DNA of 64,000 bases from an uncultured Gemmatimonadales bacterium (GCA_963795085.1 CAWCFX010000001.1:960001-1024000), one strand, 5' to 3'. Shown: positions 30,698-40,415, numbered from the stretch's first letter. The notes: generated from the letters alone by a model not told the origin. Numbers and translations: made by a program.

Positions 30698-31390
30698 ATG
30701 ACCGGCATTCCTGGCATCGTCAATACGGCGCGCTCGCTGGCCTACCTGGACCGGCTGCAATCGCTGACCGCGAACAACCTGGCCAATACCAACTCCGACG
30801 GTTTCAAGGGCGACCGGCTGACGGCGCACCTGCTGCCCGGCCTCCAGTTCCCGGTGCCGGTGCAGAAACTGGATCTCCAGCAGGGCACCTTCCGCGATAC
30901 GGCACGCCCGCTCGATGTCGGGCTGGACGGGGCCGGATTCCTGGTGGTGGACACCGCGCAGGGCGAGCGGCTGATCCGGGGCGGGTCGCTGCAGCTGGAC
31001 GTAGCCGGCCGGCTGACTGACCTGCACGGCGATCCGGTCCTCGGCGAGAAGGGGCCGATCATCGTGACCGGCTCGTCGCTGGAGGTGGAAGCCGATGGTA
31101 CCATCACCGCCGACGGTGCCACGCTGGGCCGGCTGCGGGTGGTGAACGTGGAAAACCCGTCATCGCTCAAGAAGGAGGGCCTGGGGCGGTTCATCGCCGA
31201 CGGCGAGCTGCTGGACGCCCCGATGACGACCCGGGTCCGCCAGGGCGCGGTGGAAGAAGCCAACGTGGATCCGCTCTCGTCCATGGTGGACCTCATCACC
31301 ATCCAGCGGGCCTACGCCGCCAATCTCGATGCCCTGAAAGCCATGGACAGCGTGCTCGGCTCGGTCACGACCGAAGTCGGCAAAGTCTGA
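30698..31390 (+). CDS. flgF: Rod protein FlgF
   Basis: ANNLANTNSDGFK, RPLDVGL.G.GF, EEANVD; before flgG. Confidence 0.85.
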   Translation: MTGIPGIVNTARSLAYLDRLQSLTANNLANTNSDGFKGDRLTAHLLPGLQFPVPVQKLDLQQGTFRDTARPLDVGLDGAGFLVVDTAQGERLIRGGSLQLDVAGRLTDLHGDPVLGEKGPIIVTGSSLEVEADGTITADGATLGRLRVVNVENPSSLKKEGLGRFIADGELLDAPMTTRVRQGAVEEANVDPLSSMVDLITIQRAYAANLDALKAMDSVLGSVTTEVGKV

Positions 31391-31423
31391 CCCCCGACCT
31401 GACCACTCTTTAGAGGACCGGAT

Positions 31424-32212
31424 ATGACTCCCAGTCTCCGCACGTCAGCCAGCGGCATGATCGCGCAGCAGCGCATGATCGACGTGATCGCCAACAACCT
31501 GGCCAACGTCAATACCACCGGCTTCAAGCGCAGCCGGGTCAGCTTCGAGGACGTGCTCTACCAGACGGTGCAGAACGGCCAGCTGGTGAACTACCAGGGC
31601 ACCACCGCGCTGGCGCCGGTGCAGATCGGCAAGGGCGTCCGGCTCGCCGCCGTGCTCCGGCTGCACAGCCAGGGCTCCCCGGAAATGACCCAGCGGCCGC
31701 TCGATATCAGCATTGAAGGCGACGGGTTCTTCCAGGTCCAGCGCCCCGACGGCACCATGGCCTACACCCGGGACGGCAGCCTCACGCTCTCCGAGAGCGG
31801 GCAGCTGGTCACCAACGGCGGATACCTGGTGATGCCGGGCGTCATGGTTCCCGCGGACGCCACCAGTTTCTCGATCGCGCCCAACGGCACGGTCAGCATC
31901 ACCTCGACCGGCAGCACCAGCCCCGTCGAGATCGGGCGGATCGAGCTGGCCCGGTTCCTCAATCCCAGCGGCCTGCTGGCCATCGGCGAGAACCAGTTCA
32001 CTGAGACCGATGCCTCGGGCCAGCCGACCCTGGGCCTGCCCCAGGAGGAGGGCTTTGGCCGCCTCCTGCAGGGCACCCTGGAGTCGAGCAACGTGGAGAT
32101 CGTGCAGGAAATGACCGACATGATCGCGGCCCAGCGCGCCTACGAGATCAACGCCAAGGCCATCCGGGCCGGCGAAGAGATGGCGCAGGCGGTCCATGAT
32201 CTCATTCGCTAG
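31424..32212 (+). CDS. flgG: Distal rod protein FlgG
   Basis: ANNLANVNTTGFK, FEDVLYQ, AQRAYEINAKAI. Confidence 0.95.
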   Translation: MTPSLRTSASGMIAQQRMIDVIANNLANVNTTGFKRSRVSFEDVLYQTVQNGQLVNYQGTTALAPVQIGKGVRLAAVLRLHSQGSPEMTQRPLDISIEGDGFFQVQRPDGTMAYTRDGSLTLSESGQLVTNGGYLVMPGVMVPADATSFSIAPNGTVSITSTGSTSPVEIGRIELARFLNPSGLLAIGENQFTETDASGQPTLGLPQEEGFGRLLQGTLESSNVEIVQEMTDMIAAQRAYEINAKAIRAGEEMAQAVHDLIR

Positions 32213-32858
32213 CCTGCTGCTGCTGTCGCTGGCGGCGGCCCCGCTCTGGGGCCAGGCCACCACCGACGCGGTGGAGCGGCGGGTCCGCGCCGAGCTGGCC
32301 GAGCGGTGGCGGGTGGCGCCGGACCAGGTGCGCCTCGAGTGGGGGCGATGGCCCGACGAGCGCCTGGCGGACGACGTGCCGTTCCGGGTGCAGGGGCAGG
32401 GAAGCGACGGGCGTTTCGTGCTGGTGTTGCGGCCCGATTCCGCGCCGCGCGCGGTGCCGCTCCGCGCCGGCATTGCCGACAGCGGCTGGGTGGCTGCCCG
32501 CCCGCTCACCCGGGGAACCCGGATCGGGTTCGACGACGTGCGTACGGTCGAATCGGTGCGCTGGGGGGCCGCGGCGTCTGAGACCGGCTCACCGATGGGA
32601 TGGGAAGTGCAGCGCCCGCTGGCCGAGGGCCAGCCGCTGAAAGCCCCGGCGGTCGCGCCCCCGGCCGTCATCGAGGCGGGCGACCCCGTGCGGATGACCT
32701 GGCGGCAGGGCACCGTGGCCCTGCAGGTCATGGGCGTGGCGATGAACCGCGCGCGCCTGGGAGAACGGGTTCGGGTCAAGGTCGAAGGACGCACCGGGCG
32801 GCTGTCGGGGACCGCCAACGGTCCCGGCACCGCCACACTGGGAGGAGATGATTCGTGA
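32196..32858 (+). CDS. flgA: P-ring chaperone FlgA
   Basis: Signal peptide, VAARPLTRG SAF motif, GERVRV; between flgG and flgH. Confidence 0.75.
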   Translation: MISFASLLLLSLAAAPLWGQATTDAVERRVRAELAERWRVAPDQVRLEWGRWPDERLADDVPFRVQGQGSDGRFVLVLRPDSAPRAVPLRAGIADSGWVAARPLTRGTRIGFDDVRTVESVRWGAAASETGSPMGWEVQRPLAEGQPLKAPAVAPPAVIEAGDPVRMTWRQGTVALQVMGVAMNRARLGERVRVKVEGRTGRLSGTANGPGTATLGGDDS

Positions 32859-33463
32859 GAACTGTTTCTGTGGTCACTTTGCTGGCGCTGGCCGCCGGCT
32901 CCGCCGCGGCCCAGCAGGCCGCCGACAGTACCGCCGCGGCCCGGCCCGCCCAGCTGGCGGTGCGCCGCGCCTCCTGGACTTCCGACCGGATGCCGATGGC
33001 GGTGGGCGACATCATTACCATCGTCGTTGATGAGCAGACCGCCGCCCGGGAACGGGTCTCAACCGTGGCCACCGGGCAGCGGAGTCAGAATGCCGGGCTC
33101 AACGCCACCGTCGCCGAGGGCGTCCGGCTGGGACCGGCCAAGGGGTTCGGCACCACGCTCCAGGGGAACTCCCGGGACGAGGGTGAAGCCAACCGCCGCG
33201 GCGACCTGACCGCGGTGCTCAGCGTCCGGGTCACCGAGATCGAACCCAACGGCGTCGCCCACATCAGCGGATCCAAGAAAGTCATCGTCGACGGCCGGGA
33301 ACAGCAGGTGGAACTCCAGGGCCTGGTACGGCCCGAGGACGTGACCTCCGCCAACCTGGTGGCGTCCAGCCGGATTGCCGACGCCGTCATCACCTATCGC
33401 GGCAAGAAGATCGGGCCGCGGGCCGGCATCCTCGGCCGCATCCTTTCCATACTCTGGCCATGA
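32855..33463 (+). CDS. flgH: L-ring protein FlgH
   Basis: VGDIITIVVDE, GLVRPEDV..N.V.SSRIADA. Confidence 0.9.
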   Translation: MRTVSVVTLLALAAGSAAAQQAADSTAAARPAQLAVRRASWTSDRMPMAVGDIITIVVDEQTAARERVSTVATGQRSQNAGLNATVAEGVRLGPAKGFGTTLQGNSRDEGEANRRGDLTAVLSVRVTEIEPNGVAHISGSKKVIVDGREQQVELQGLVRPEDVTSANLVASSRIADAVITYRGKKIGPRAGILGRILSILWP

Positions 33464-34509
33464 ACAATCTTCGCGAAGCTTTGCTCGCCGCCGTCGCCGT
33501 CCTGGCGCTGGCGGCGCCCCTCGCCGGCCAGGGCCAGGCCCGGATCAGCGATCTCACGATTCACCAGGGGGAAGTGCCCCGGCGCATCGTCGGCTATGGA
33601 CTGGTGGTGGGCCTCGACGGTACCGGCGACCGCAGCTTCGGCACCAACGCCGGCGCGGTGGCGACCGTCCGCTCGGTGGTCAACCTGCTGCGCCGGTTCA
33701 ATGTCGAGGTGCCCGCCGAGCGGCTCCGGCTGCGCGACGTGGCTGCGGTGCTGGTGACGGCGGAGGTCTCGCCCTATCTCCGGGCCGGCGGGAAGTTCGA
33801 AGTCCAGGTTGCCGCGCTGGGCGATGCGACCTCGCTCCGCGGCGGCATGCTGTGGATCACCCCGATGGTGACGGACCCGGGGGCGCCCCCGGTGGGCACC
33901 GCCCAGGGCATCCTGATTACCGCGGACCAGGCGGGACGGGGCGGCTACGGCTCACGGACCAACTCCGGCCGGATTCCCGATGGCGGGGTGATTGAAGTGG
34001 AACCCCCCGCCCAGGAACTGCAGCCCCACCTGGTCCTCAAGTCGCCCAGCCTGGCCACCGCCCGCAACATCGCGGAGGCGATCAATACCTCGCTGGGGGG
34101 CGGTATCGCCAAGGTGACCGATGCCGGCCTGGTGACGCTGACGCCCGCGACGGCCTGGGGCGATACCGCCAGCCTGGTGCTCGCCGCGATCGACACGCTG
34201 CCGGTGAGTTTCCGGCTGCCCGCCCGGGTCATCATCAATGCCCGCGAAGGCACCGTGGTGGCCGGCGGCGAGGTGACCGTGGGCAACGCGGTGGTCAGCC
34301 ACCGCGGCATCACCCTGCAGATCGGGGGGAGCGCGCCGGCCGACAGCACCCGGCCCGGCGATACCTATCTCCGGGTGGAGCCCCGGGCCAGCGTCCAGGA
34401 CATCGCCGGCGGTCTCCGGGTGATCGGGGCGCGTTCGGACGAGATCGCCGCCATTTTCGAGGCGCTGCGCGCCGCCGGCTCGCTCACCGCCGAGGTTGTG
34501 ATCCGGTGA
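33460..34509 (+). CDS. flgI: P-ring protein FlgI
   Basis: GYGLVVGLDGTGD, VAAVLVTA, GDATSLRGG. Confidence 0.9.
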   Translation: MNNLREALLAAVAVLALAAPLAGQGQARISDLTIHQGEVPRRIVGYGLVVGLDGTGDRSFGTNAGAVATVRSVVNLLRRFNVEVPAERLRLRDVAAVLVTAEVSPYLRAGGKFEVQVAALGDATSLRGGMLWITPMVTDPGAPPVGTAQGILITADQAGRGGYGSRTNSGRIPDGGVIEVEPPAQELQPHLVLKSPSLATARNIAEAINTSLGGGIAKVTDAGLVTLTPATAWGDTASLVLAAIDTLPVSFRLPARVIINAREGTVVAGGEVTVGNAVVSHRGITLQIGGSAPADSTRPGDTYLRVEPRASVQDIAGGLRVIGARSDEIAAIFEALRAAGSLTAEVVIR

Positions 34510-34817
34510 CTATTCCCTCCGGGCTGACCGGTATCGCCGCGCCGCCCCGCGACCCGGGGCAGCAGCTCCGCCGCATGGCCGACGAGCTCGAAGCCGTGTT
34601 TCTCAACCAGCTGTTCCAGGTGATGCGGGCCAGTGTGCCCGAGGGCGAGGCCGCCAACCCGGGAGAGCAGATGTTTACCGCCATGCTGGACGAAAAGATG
34701 GCCAGCGAAGCCGCCCGGCGCGCCCAGCGCGGACTGGGCGAAGCGGTCTTCCGCCAACTGAGCCGGCGCCTGCCGCCGGCCGACCCGCCGGCTCCGGCGC
34801 CCGGGAACCTTCCATGA
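34506..34817 (+). CDS. flgJ: FlgJ rod-binding domain only
   Basis: LEAVFLNQL...MR, MFTAMLDE, GLGEAVFRQL; no muramidase domain. Confidence 0.75.
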   Translation: MTIPSGLTGIAAPPRDPGQQLRRMADELEAVFLNQLFQVMRASVPEGEAANPGEQMFTAMLDEKMASEAARRAQRGLGEAVFRQLSRRLPPADPPAPAPGNLP

Positions 34818-35347
34818 TGCCCGCACGAAATCACGAATCCATGCCCAGCGACGCGGCCGCCCGCGGCTTGGGGCTGCTGGCCCGCGCGCTCGACGCCGAG
34901 ACGCGCCAGATCATCGACCTGCGGAACAACCTGGCGGCGCAGCGGGACGCGGTGTCCCGGGAGGACGGCGAACGGCTGACCGGCACGGTCCACCAGATCC
35001 AGCGCATCCTGCTCGGACTCGACGAATCCCGCCGGGCCCGGGGCGACCTGATGGAAACGCTCACCGGCGGACGGGATATCGCGCTCGACGAACTGGAAAC
35101 CCGCACCGGGCTCCCGCTCTCCGCGGAACTGATCACCGCCCGCGCTCGGCTGGGCCGCGAAGCCCGGGAGGCCGCCCTGGAAGCCGCGATCAACCGCGAG
35201 GTCCTCGAGCGGGTCATGCAGACCAGCGAAGCCTTCCTGCAGCGGCTGTTCACGACGGTGGCCGGCGAGACCCCGGTGTACCACGCCACGGCCGACGAGT
35301 CGCCGGCCGCCGCCGGGTCCGGCCTCCTGCTCAACCGGACGGTGTAA
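34814..35347 (+). CDS. flgN: FlgN-like export chaperone
   Basis: Helical protein directly before flgK; ends LLNRTV. Confidence 0.6.
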   Translation: MMPARNHESMPSDAAARGLGLLARALDAETRQIIDLRNNLAAQRDAVSREDGERLTGTVHQIQRILLGLDESRRARGDLMETLTGGRDIALDELETRTGLPLSAELITARARLGREAREAALEAAINREVLERVMQTSEAFLQRLFTTVAGETPVYHATADESPAAAGSGLLLNRTV

Positions 35348-35348
35348 C

Positions 35349-36710
35349 ATGTCCCTCGTCAGCATGCTCAGTATTGCCCGCTCCGCCATGCTGGTCCACC
35401 AGCGCGCCATGGCGGTGACCGCCAACAACGTCGCCAATGCCCAGACGCCCGGCTACAGCCGCCAGCGGCTCAACCTGGCCTCGGCCTCGCCGTTCCTCTC
35501 GCCCCAGGGCCCGCTGGGCCGCGGGGTCAGCGACGGCGGCGTCACCCGGGCGCGGAGCGAGTTCTTCGACAGCGCCTACCGGCGAGATAACGGCCTGCTC
35601 TTCTCGTCGTCCACCCTGGGCGATTTCCTGGGCCAGGTGGAAGCGGCGGTGCACGAGCCCTCCGACTTCGGGATCGCGGCCGGCATGGACGGGTTCTTCG
35701 GCGCCTTTGCCGACCTGGCCAACGCCCCGACCAGCGGTGTCAACCGGACCCTGGTGGTCCAGGGGGCGGTGACCCTGGTGAACCGGCTGCACCAGCTCGA
35801 TGGCGCCCTCACCCAGGCGGGGCAGGATGCCCTGACCCAGATGCGGACCGACCTCGAGCAGGCCAACTCGATTCTCAAACGGATCGCCGACCTCAACAAC
35901 CAGGTGGTGGCCGCCCGGGGCGCCGCGGGATCCGCGCCCGACCTGGAAGACATGCGCGACGCCGCCGTGGACGAACTGAGCGGCCTCGCCGCCGTGCGGG
36001 TGCTGACCCGCCCCGATGGCAGCATCGGCGTCCTCGCCGGCAACGCCCTCGTCGTGGACGGCGCCAACGTGCAGCCGCTGGCGCTCGCCGCGGCGCCGGG
36101 CGGCGGCTTCGTGTTTACCGCGGGGGGCAACCCCATGGACCCCCAGGCCGGCAGCCTCAAGACCCTGAGTGACCTCACCACCACGATTCTTCCCGGAATC
36201 CGGGGCCAGCTGGATGCGCTGGTGAGCGGGCTGGTGAGCGAAGTAAACGCCGTACACCGGGCCGGATATACCGCGACCGGCGCCACCAATACCGATTTCT
36301 TCGACCCGGCCGGGGTGACGGCGGGCAGCATCCAGGTCAGTGCGGCCATCCTCGCCTCGCCCGACGAGATCGCGGCGGGCGGAACCGCGGCTCCGGGCGA
36401 CGGCTCTATCGCGCTCGCCATCGGCGGGATGGCCTCGGCCCCGCTGGCCGCGCTGGGCGGCCGGTCGGCCCGCGACGTGTACACCGAGCTGGCCGGCGCC
36501 GTGGGCGCCGCGGTGCGGGATGCCCAGCAGAACGCGTCCACCCAGCTGGCCCTGACCGAGCGTGCCGATACCATGCGGTCGAGCGTGAGCGGCGTGTCCA
36601 TCGACGAAGAGATGGTCGGCCTGATCGGCCAGCAGCAGGCCTACGCGGCGGCGGCCCACCTGGTGAAGACGGCGAACGACATGATGGAGGAAATCCTGCG
36701 GATGGTCTGA
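35349..36710 (+). CDS. flgK: Hook-associated protein 1 FlgK
   Basis: NNVANAQTPGYSRQR, SGVSIDEE, QQAYAAAA. Confidence 0.95.
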   Translation: MSLVSMLSIARSAMLVHQRAMAVTANNVANAQTPGYSRQRLNLASASPFLSPQGPLGRGVSDGGVTRARSEFFDSAYRRDNGLLFSSSTLGDFLGQVEAAVHEPSDFGIAAGMDGFFGAFADLANAPTSGVNRTLVVQGAVTLVNRLHQLDGALTQAGQDALTQMRTDLEQANSILKRIADLNNQVVAARGAAGSAPDLEDMRDAAVDELSGLAAVRVLTRPDGSIGVLAGNALVVDGANVQPLALAAAPGGGFVFTAGGNPMDPQAGSLKTLSDLTTTILPGIRGQLDALVSGLVSEVNAVHRAGYTATGATNTDFFDPAGVTAGSIQVSAAILASPDEIAAGGTAAPGDGSIALAIGGMASAPLAALGGRSARDVYTELAGAVGAAVRDAQQNASTQLALTERADTMRSSVSGVSIDEEMVGLIGQQQAYAAAAHLVKTANDMMEEILRMV

Positions 36711-36715
36711 AGCGG

Positions 36716-37438
36716 TTAGTGCCGTCTGCTCTGCCAGGCCGGGAAGGTGAGGGTGGCCCGGCAGCCCCCTTCGGCGCGGTTGTCCACGATCAGGTCGCCA
36801 CCGGTCTCCCGCACCAGGGATCGCGCGACCAGCAGGCCCAGTCCATGGTGCGGCGCGTCCTTGGTCGTGACGCCGGCCTCGAAGAGCCGGGGCAACACCG
36901 TTCCCGCGATCCCGCCTCCGGCATCCTCGACCCGCAGCCGGACGCTCTGTTCATCGCCATCTGCCCACAACTCGATACGGCCCTCCACGGTGCCCAGGGC
37001 TTCCTTGGCGTTGGTGACCACGACCAGCAGGGCGGTCAGCGCCCGGCCGGGGCTGGTGCGAATCGGGGGGAGGGAGGGCTGTACGGTGGACTGGACCGCG
37101 GTGGTGACCAGCCGGGTCTGCATCCGCTGAAAGCGGGTCACTTCGGCCAGCAACTCCGGAACCAGTTGGGGACCGACGGTCCAGTCGTAGAGCCGGTCGA
37201 ACCCGGCCAGCACCTGCCCCAAGTCGGTCATCAGGTCGGCGACCCAGGTGAGCCGGTCCGGCAATCCCGGGTCCTCCCAGTCGTCGCGGGCCAGGCTCAG
37301 CGTCTGCGCGCCGTTGTTGATCGCATGCTTGACTCCGTACACCATGCTCCGCACCAGGGAGCCCTGCACGGCCTGGAGATACACCGGAGTGAACTGATGG
37401 GGAAGTGCTGGAGCGGCGGGACCATCCGTGGGAGTCAA
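36716..37438 (-). CDS. Small histidine-kinase-like ATPase, no sensor domain
   Basis: KHAINN H-box-like, TNAKEA, DAGGGI, FEAGVTTK, GLGL; TTG start uncertain. Confidence 0.7.
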   Translation of the reverse strand: MTPTDGPAAPALPHQFTPVYLQAVQGSLVRSMVYGVKHAINNGAQTLSLARDDWEDPGLPDRLTWVADLMTDLGQVLAGFDRLYDWTVGPQLVPELLAEVTRFQRMQTRLVTTAVQSTVQPSLPPIRTSPGRALTALLVVVTNAKEALGTVEGRIELWADGDEQSVRLRVEDAGGGIAGTVLPRLFEAGVTTKDAPHHGLGLLVARSLVRETGGDLIVDNRAEGGCRATLTFPAWQSRRH

Positions 37439-37465
37439 GCAGAAACCCTGGTCTGGGGCCAGAGC

Positions 37466-37494
37466 AGTGTACTTAAGGAAGGATCGAAAGGCAA
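37466..37494 (-). promoter_or_regulatory. sigma70-like promoter of the small kinase
   Basis: TTGCCT-N17-TACACT. Confidence 0.5.
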
Positions 37495-37498
37495 TCCA

Positions 37499-38668
37499 TC
37501 AGGATCCCTCTTGCCGGACCCGCGCCGGCCCCACGATGGGATCGTGGCGGTTGCGGAGCTGCACGGTGTGGATCACTTCCGGGGTCAGCCGGGTTCCGTT
37601 GCCCACCAGCTTGATCCCGGCATCGGTGAAGAGATCGTCGGCCAGCACCATGCCGGCGCGGAGATCGGGGATCGCGACGGTCCGGGAGTGTTGCCGGCCC
37701 GCCGGGCCCGACTCTTCTTCTTCTACCTGGTGCAGGTAGACAAGCGCCATCGGGTCATAGGAGGAGCCGGCGTGGGTGGCCATCTCTTCCAGCGCCTGGG
37801 CCGGGGTCCGGAAGCGGCCGCTCTCCAGGAGCGCTACGTACTCGACGGCGACCCGGAGGATACGGCTCCGTAGCGGTATCTGGCCCTGCAGGAGGTGCTC
37901 AGGGAAGCCGGACCCGTCCCAGTTCTCGTAGATGCTCCCCACCAGGTCGGCCGCCCGTTCCAGCGCCGGGATCTGCCGCAACAGCTGCCGGCTCCGGAGC
38001 GCGTAGTGCCGGCTTTCCGGTCCCCCGTCGCGGCCGCCGTTGCCATGCGCTGGCCCGCCTTCCAGCAACCTGCCCAGCTCGCTCAACTGTGCCGCCAGTT
38101 CCAGGTCCAGCAACAGGGCGTCCGGCACATGGAAGCGGTCGGCCAGCGCCCGGGTAATGTCACCGATGCGCTCGGCCCGTTCGCCGGAGCGCGGAACCCG
38201 GTGTTCGAGCACCGATTTCAGTACTGCCAGGATGCCTTCCAGCTTGATTGTCGCGCTGCGGCGGAGCTGGTCCAGTTCGGCGGCCATCATGGCGTCCCGC
38301 CGCTGAAGCGTTTCCAGATGCAGCAGCGTTTCCACCAGGCGGGCTGCCTCCCCCGGCGATACCGGGGTTCGCAGCAGCGCGCTCACCGCCGGGGGGAGAT
38401 CGGTATCCGGGTCCTCCGGGCCAACGAGGAGGATGATGGCCGGGGACGGGGCCTGGTTCAACTGGCGCTCTACCAGGCGCTCCGGGTTCCAGCTCGCGGC
38501 ATCCTGGATGACCAATGCGGGATCCAGTTGCCGCCAGAGCGGCGCCGCCTCGGCGTCGCTGCCGGCCTGGGTCAGCTGGACGGCATCGACCCCGGCGGCG
38601 ATCGCGCCGAAGAGGTCGGCCAGGGCGGGATCCCCGGAGACCAGCAGGATATGGCGCAGGGGCATCAC
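37499..38668 (-). CDS. Degenerate receiver + degenerate HD-GYP domain protein
   Basis: QLSELGR in place of LHDIGK; YENWDGSGFP..L...QIPLRSRI; coupled to motB. Confidence 0.75.
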   Translation of the reverse strand: MMPLRHILLVSGDPALADLFGAIAAGVDAVQLTQAGSDAEAAPLWRQLDPALVIQDAASWNPERLVERQLNQAPSPAIILLVGPEDPDTDLPPAVSALLRTPVSPGEAARLVETLLHLETLQRRDAMMAAELDQLRRSATIKLEGILAVLKSVLEHRVPRSGERAERIGDITRALADRFHVPDALLLDLELAAQLSELGRLLEGGPAHGNGGRDGGPESRHYALRSRQLLRQIPALERAADLVGSIYENWDGSGFPEHLLQGQIPLRSRILRVAVEYVALLESGRFRTPAQALEEMATHAGSSYDPMALVYLHQVEEEESGPAGRQHSRTVAIPDLRAGMVLADDLFTDAGIKLVGNGTRLTPEVIHTVQLRNRHDPIVGPARVRQEGS

Positions 38669-39483
38669 TGGCCCGGCACCCCGGCGCCCAGCGTGGCTCG
38701 CAGCGAATCCCGGCCGGGGCGGTCCAGCATGACCGTAATCGCGATGCGCCGGTTGCGGGGAGACAACGGGTCGGAGGCGTCGCGCAGCTGCCGGTCGGCC
38801 CAGCCGCGGATCTGCGCCACGCGGTACTCCTGCAGTCCGTGGGCGTTGAGAATCCGGCGCGCGGCATTGGCCCGGTCGGCGCTCAACTCCCAGTTGGAAT
38901 AGGGCGCGCCCCGGGTGTAGGGGCGCGCATCGGTATAGCCCTCGATCATGATCCGGTTGTCGAGCGTGGTCAGGTTGGCGCCCAGGAGGGCGAGGAACGC
39001 CGCGCCCCGTTCGCTGGGCCGGGAGCCGCCGGTTTCGAAGAACATGCCGGCCGAGTCCTCCAGCAACTGGATCCGGAGCCCCTCGTCGGTCAGCTCGATC
39101 TCGATGTTGTTGGCCAGCGCTTCGAGGGCGGGCAGCTGCTCCAGCTGTTCCTTCACCTGTTCGCCCAGCTGGATGAGCCGGTTCTGGCGGAGGTCGAGCA
39201 CCTGGGACTGGGTGAGCGGCCGGACCGCGGCCGACTGGGCCCCCTCCCCGGGCAGGATCGAACTGCCGTACTCGTCGGCCCGCCCCAGCGGATCCTGGAA
39301 GTACCCGGCGATGGACGACTTGACGTCGGAGCTCTGGTTGACGAGCCAGAGCACGAGGAACATGGCGAACATCGCCGTCATGAAGTCGGCAAAGGCCACC
39401 TTCCAGGCGCCGCCGTGGTGGGGGTGCGCGCCTTTCTTCTTCCGGACGACGATGCGGACGGGGACTTCGCGGCTCTTGTTCAT
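38665..39483 (-). CDS. motB: Stator MotB
   Basis: HGGAWKVAFADFMTAM, NWELSADRAN, NRRI. Confidence 0.95.
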   Translation of the reverse strand: MNKSREVPVRIVVRKKKGAHPHHGGAWKVAFADFMTAMFAMFLVLWLVNQSSDVKSSIAGYFQDPLGRADEYGSSILPGEGAQSAAVRPLTQSQVLDLRQNRLIQLGEQVKEQLEQLPALEALANNIEIELTDEGLRIQLLEDSAGMFFETGGSRPSERGAAFLALLGANLTTLDNRIMIEGYTDARPYTRGAPYSNWELSADRANAARRILNAHGLQEYRVAQIRGWADRQLRDASDPLSPRNRRIAITVMLDRPGRDSLRATLGAGVPGQ

Positions 39484-39484
39484 C

Positions 39485-40357
39485 TCAGGCGGCCTCCGCC
39501 TTTCCCTTCACGCCCTTGCAGGCGCTCTCCATCTCGAGGAAGGTGGGCCGGTCGGCGGCGAAGATCGCTCGCCGGGCAAACTCCACCGAGACGATCGGCG
39601 AGAACCCCTTGGCAAAGGCGACGACGCTGGCCTTGATGAAATGGTAGAACCGGGCCTCGGCGGCGTTCTCGTGCTCCATGCTGACCGAGAGCGGGCTGGC
39701 GAAGCCGTAGGCGAGCAGCACCCCGAGGAACGTGCCGGTGAGCGCAGCCCCGACCTTTTCACCGATCTCCTCGACCGGCCCCGCGATGGCGCTCATGGTG
39801 ACCACGATGCCGAGCACCGCCGCCACGATCCCGATGCCGGGAAGGGAATCGCCCACCTTCTGGAGGGTGGACACCGGGCGGTTCTCCTGCTCGTGGTGCA
39901 CGTCGATCTCGTTCTCCATCAGGGTCTCGAGGTCGTACGCCGGCACGCTCCCCACCAGGACCAGGCGGAGCGAGTCGCAGAGAAAGGTCACCGCGTGGTG
40001 GCGGTGGAGAATCTCGGGGTACTTGTTGAAGATGGTGCTCTTGTCGGGCCCCTCGATGTGGGACTCGATGGCGACCAGGCCGTCCCGCCGGGCGGTCTGG
40101 AACAGCTCGAACAGCATCTTGAGGGCGTCGAGGTAGAGGCCCTTGTTGTAGGGCGAGGACTTCATCAGGCCGATCAGCCGGCTGGTGGTGTCCTTGAGGA
40201 CGGGACCGGGGGTGGAAATGAGCATGGTCCCGAGGGCGGTGCCCCCGATGACCACGAACTCGGAGATATGGAACAATGCCGGAACGTGGCCGCCGGCGAT
40301 GATGAAACCGCCCAGGACGGACCCGATGACGACCACGATGCCGAACAGTGCTATCAT
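39485..40357 (-). CDS. motA: Stator MotA
   Basis: PGIGIVAAVLG, ALTGTFLGVLLAYG, RPTFLE. Confidence 0.95.
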   Translation of the reverse strand: MIALFGIVVVIGSVLGGFIIAGGHVPALFHISEFVVIGGTALGTMLISTPGPVLKDTTSRLIGLMKSSPYNKGLYLDALKMLFELFQTARRDGLVAIESHIEGPDKSTIFNKYPEILHRHHAVTFLCDSLRLVLVGSVPAYDLETLMENEIDVHHEQENRPVSTLQKVGDSLPGIGIVAAVLGIVVTMSAIAGPVEEIGEKVGAALTGTFLGVLLAYGFASPLSVSMEHENAAEARFYHFIKASVVAFAKGFSPIVSVEFARRAIFAADRPTFLEMESACKGVKGKAEAA

Positions 40358-40415
40358 GAAACGCGCTCCCGAGGCGGCTGGTGCAGGCCCCCATGGGGGG
40401 CGCCTTCAGGAGCGA

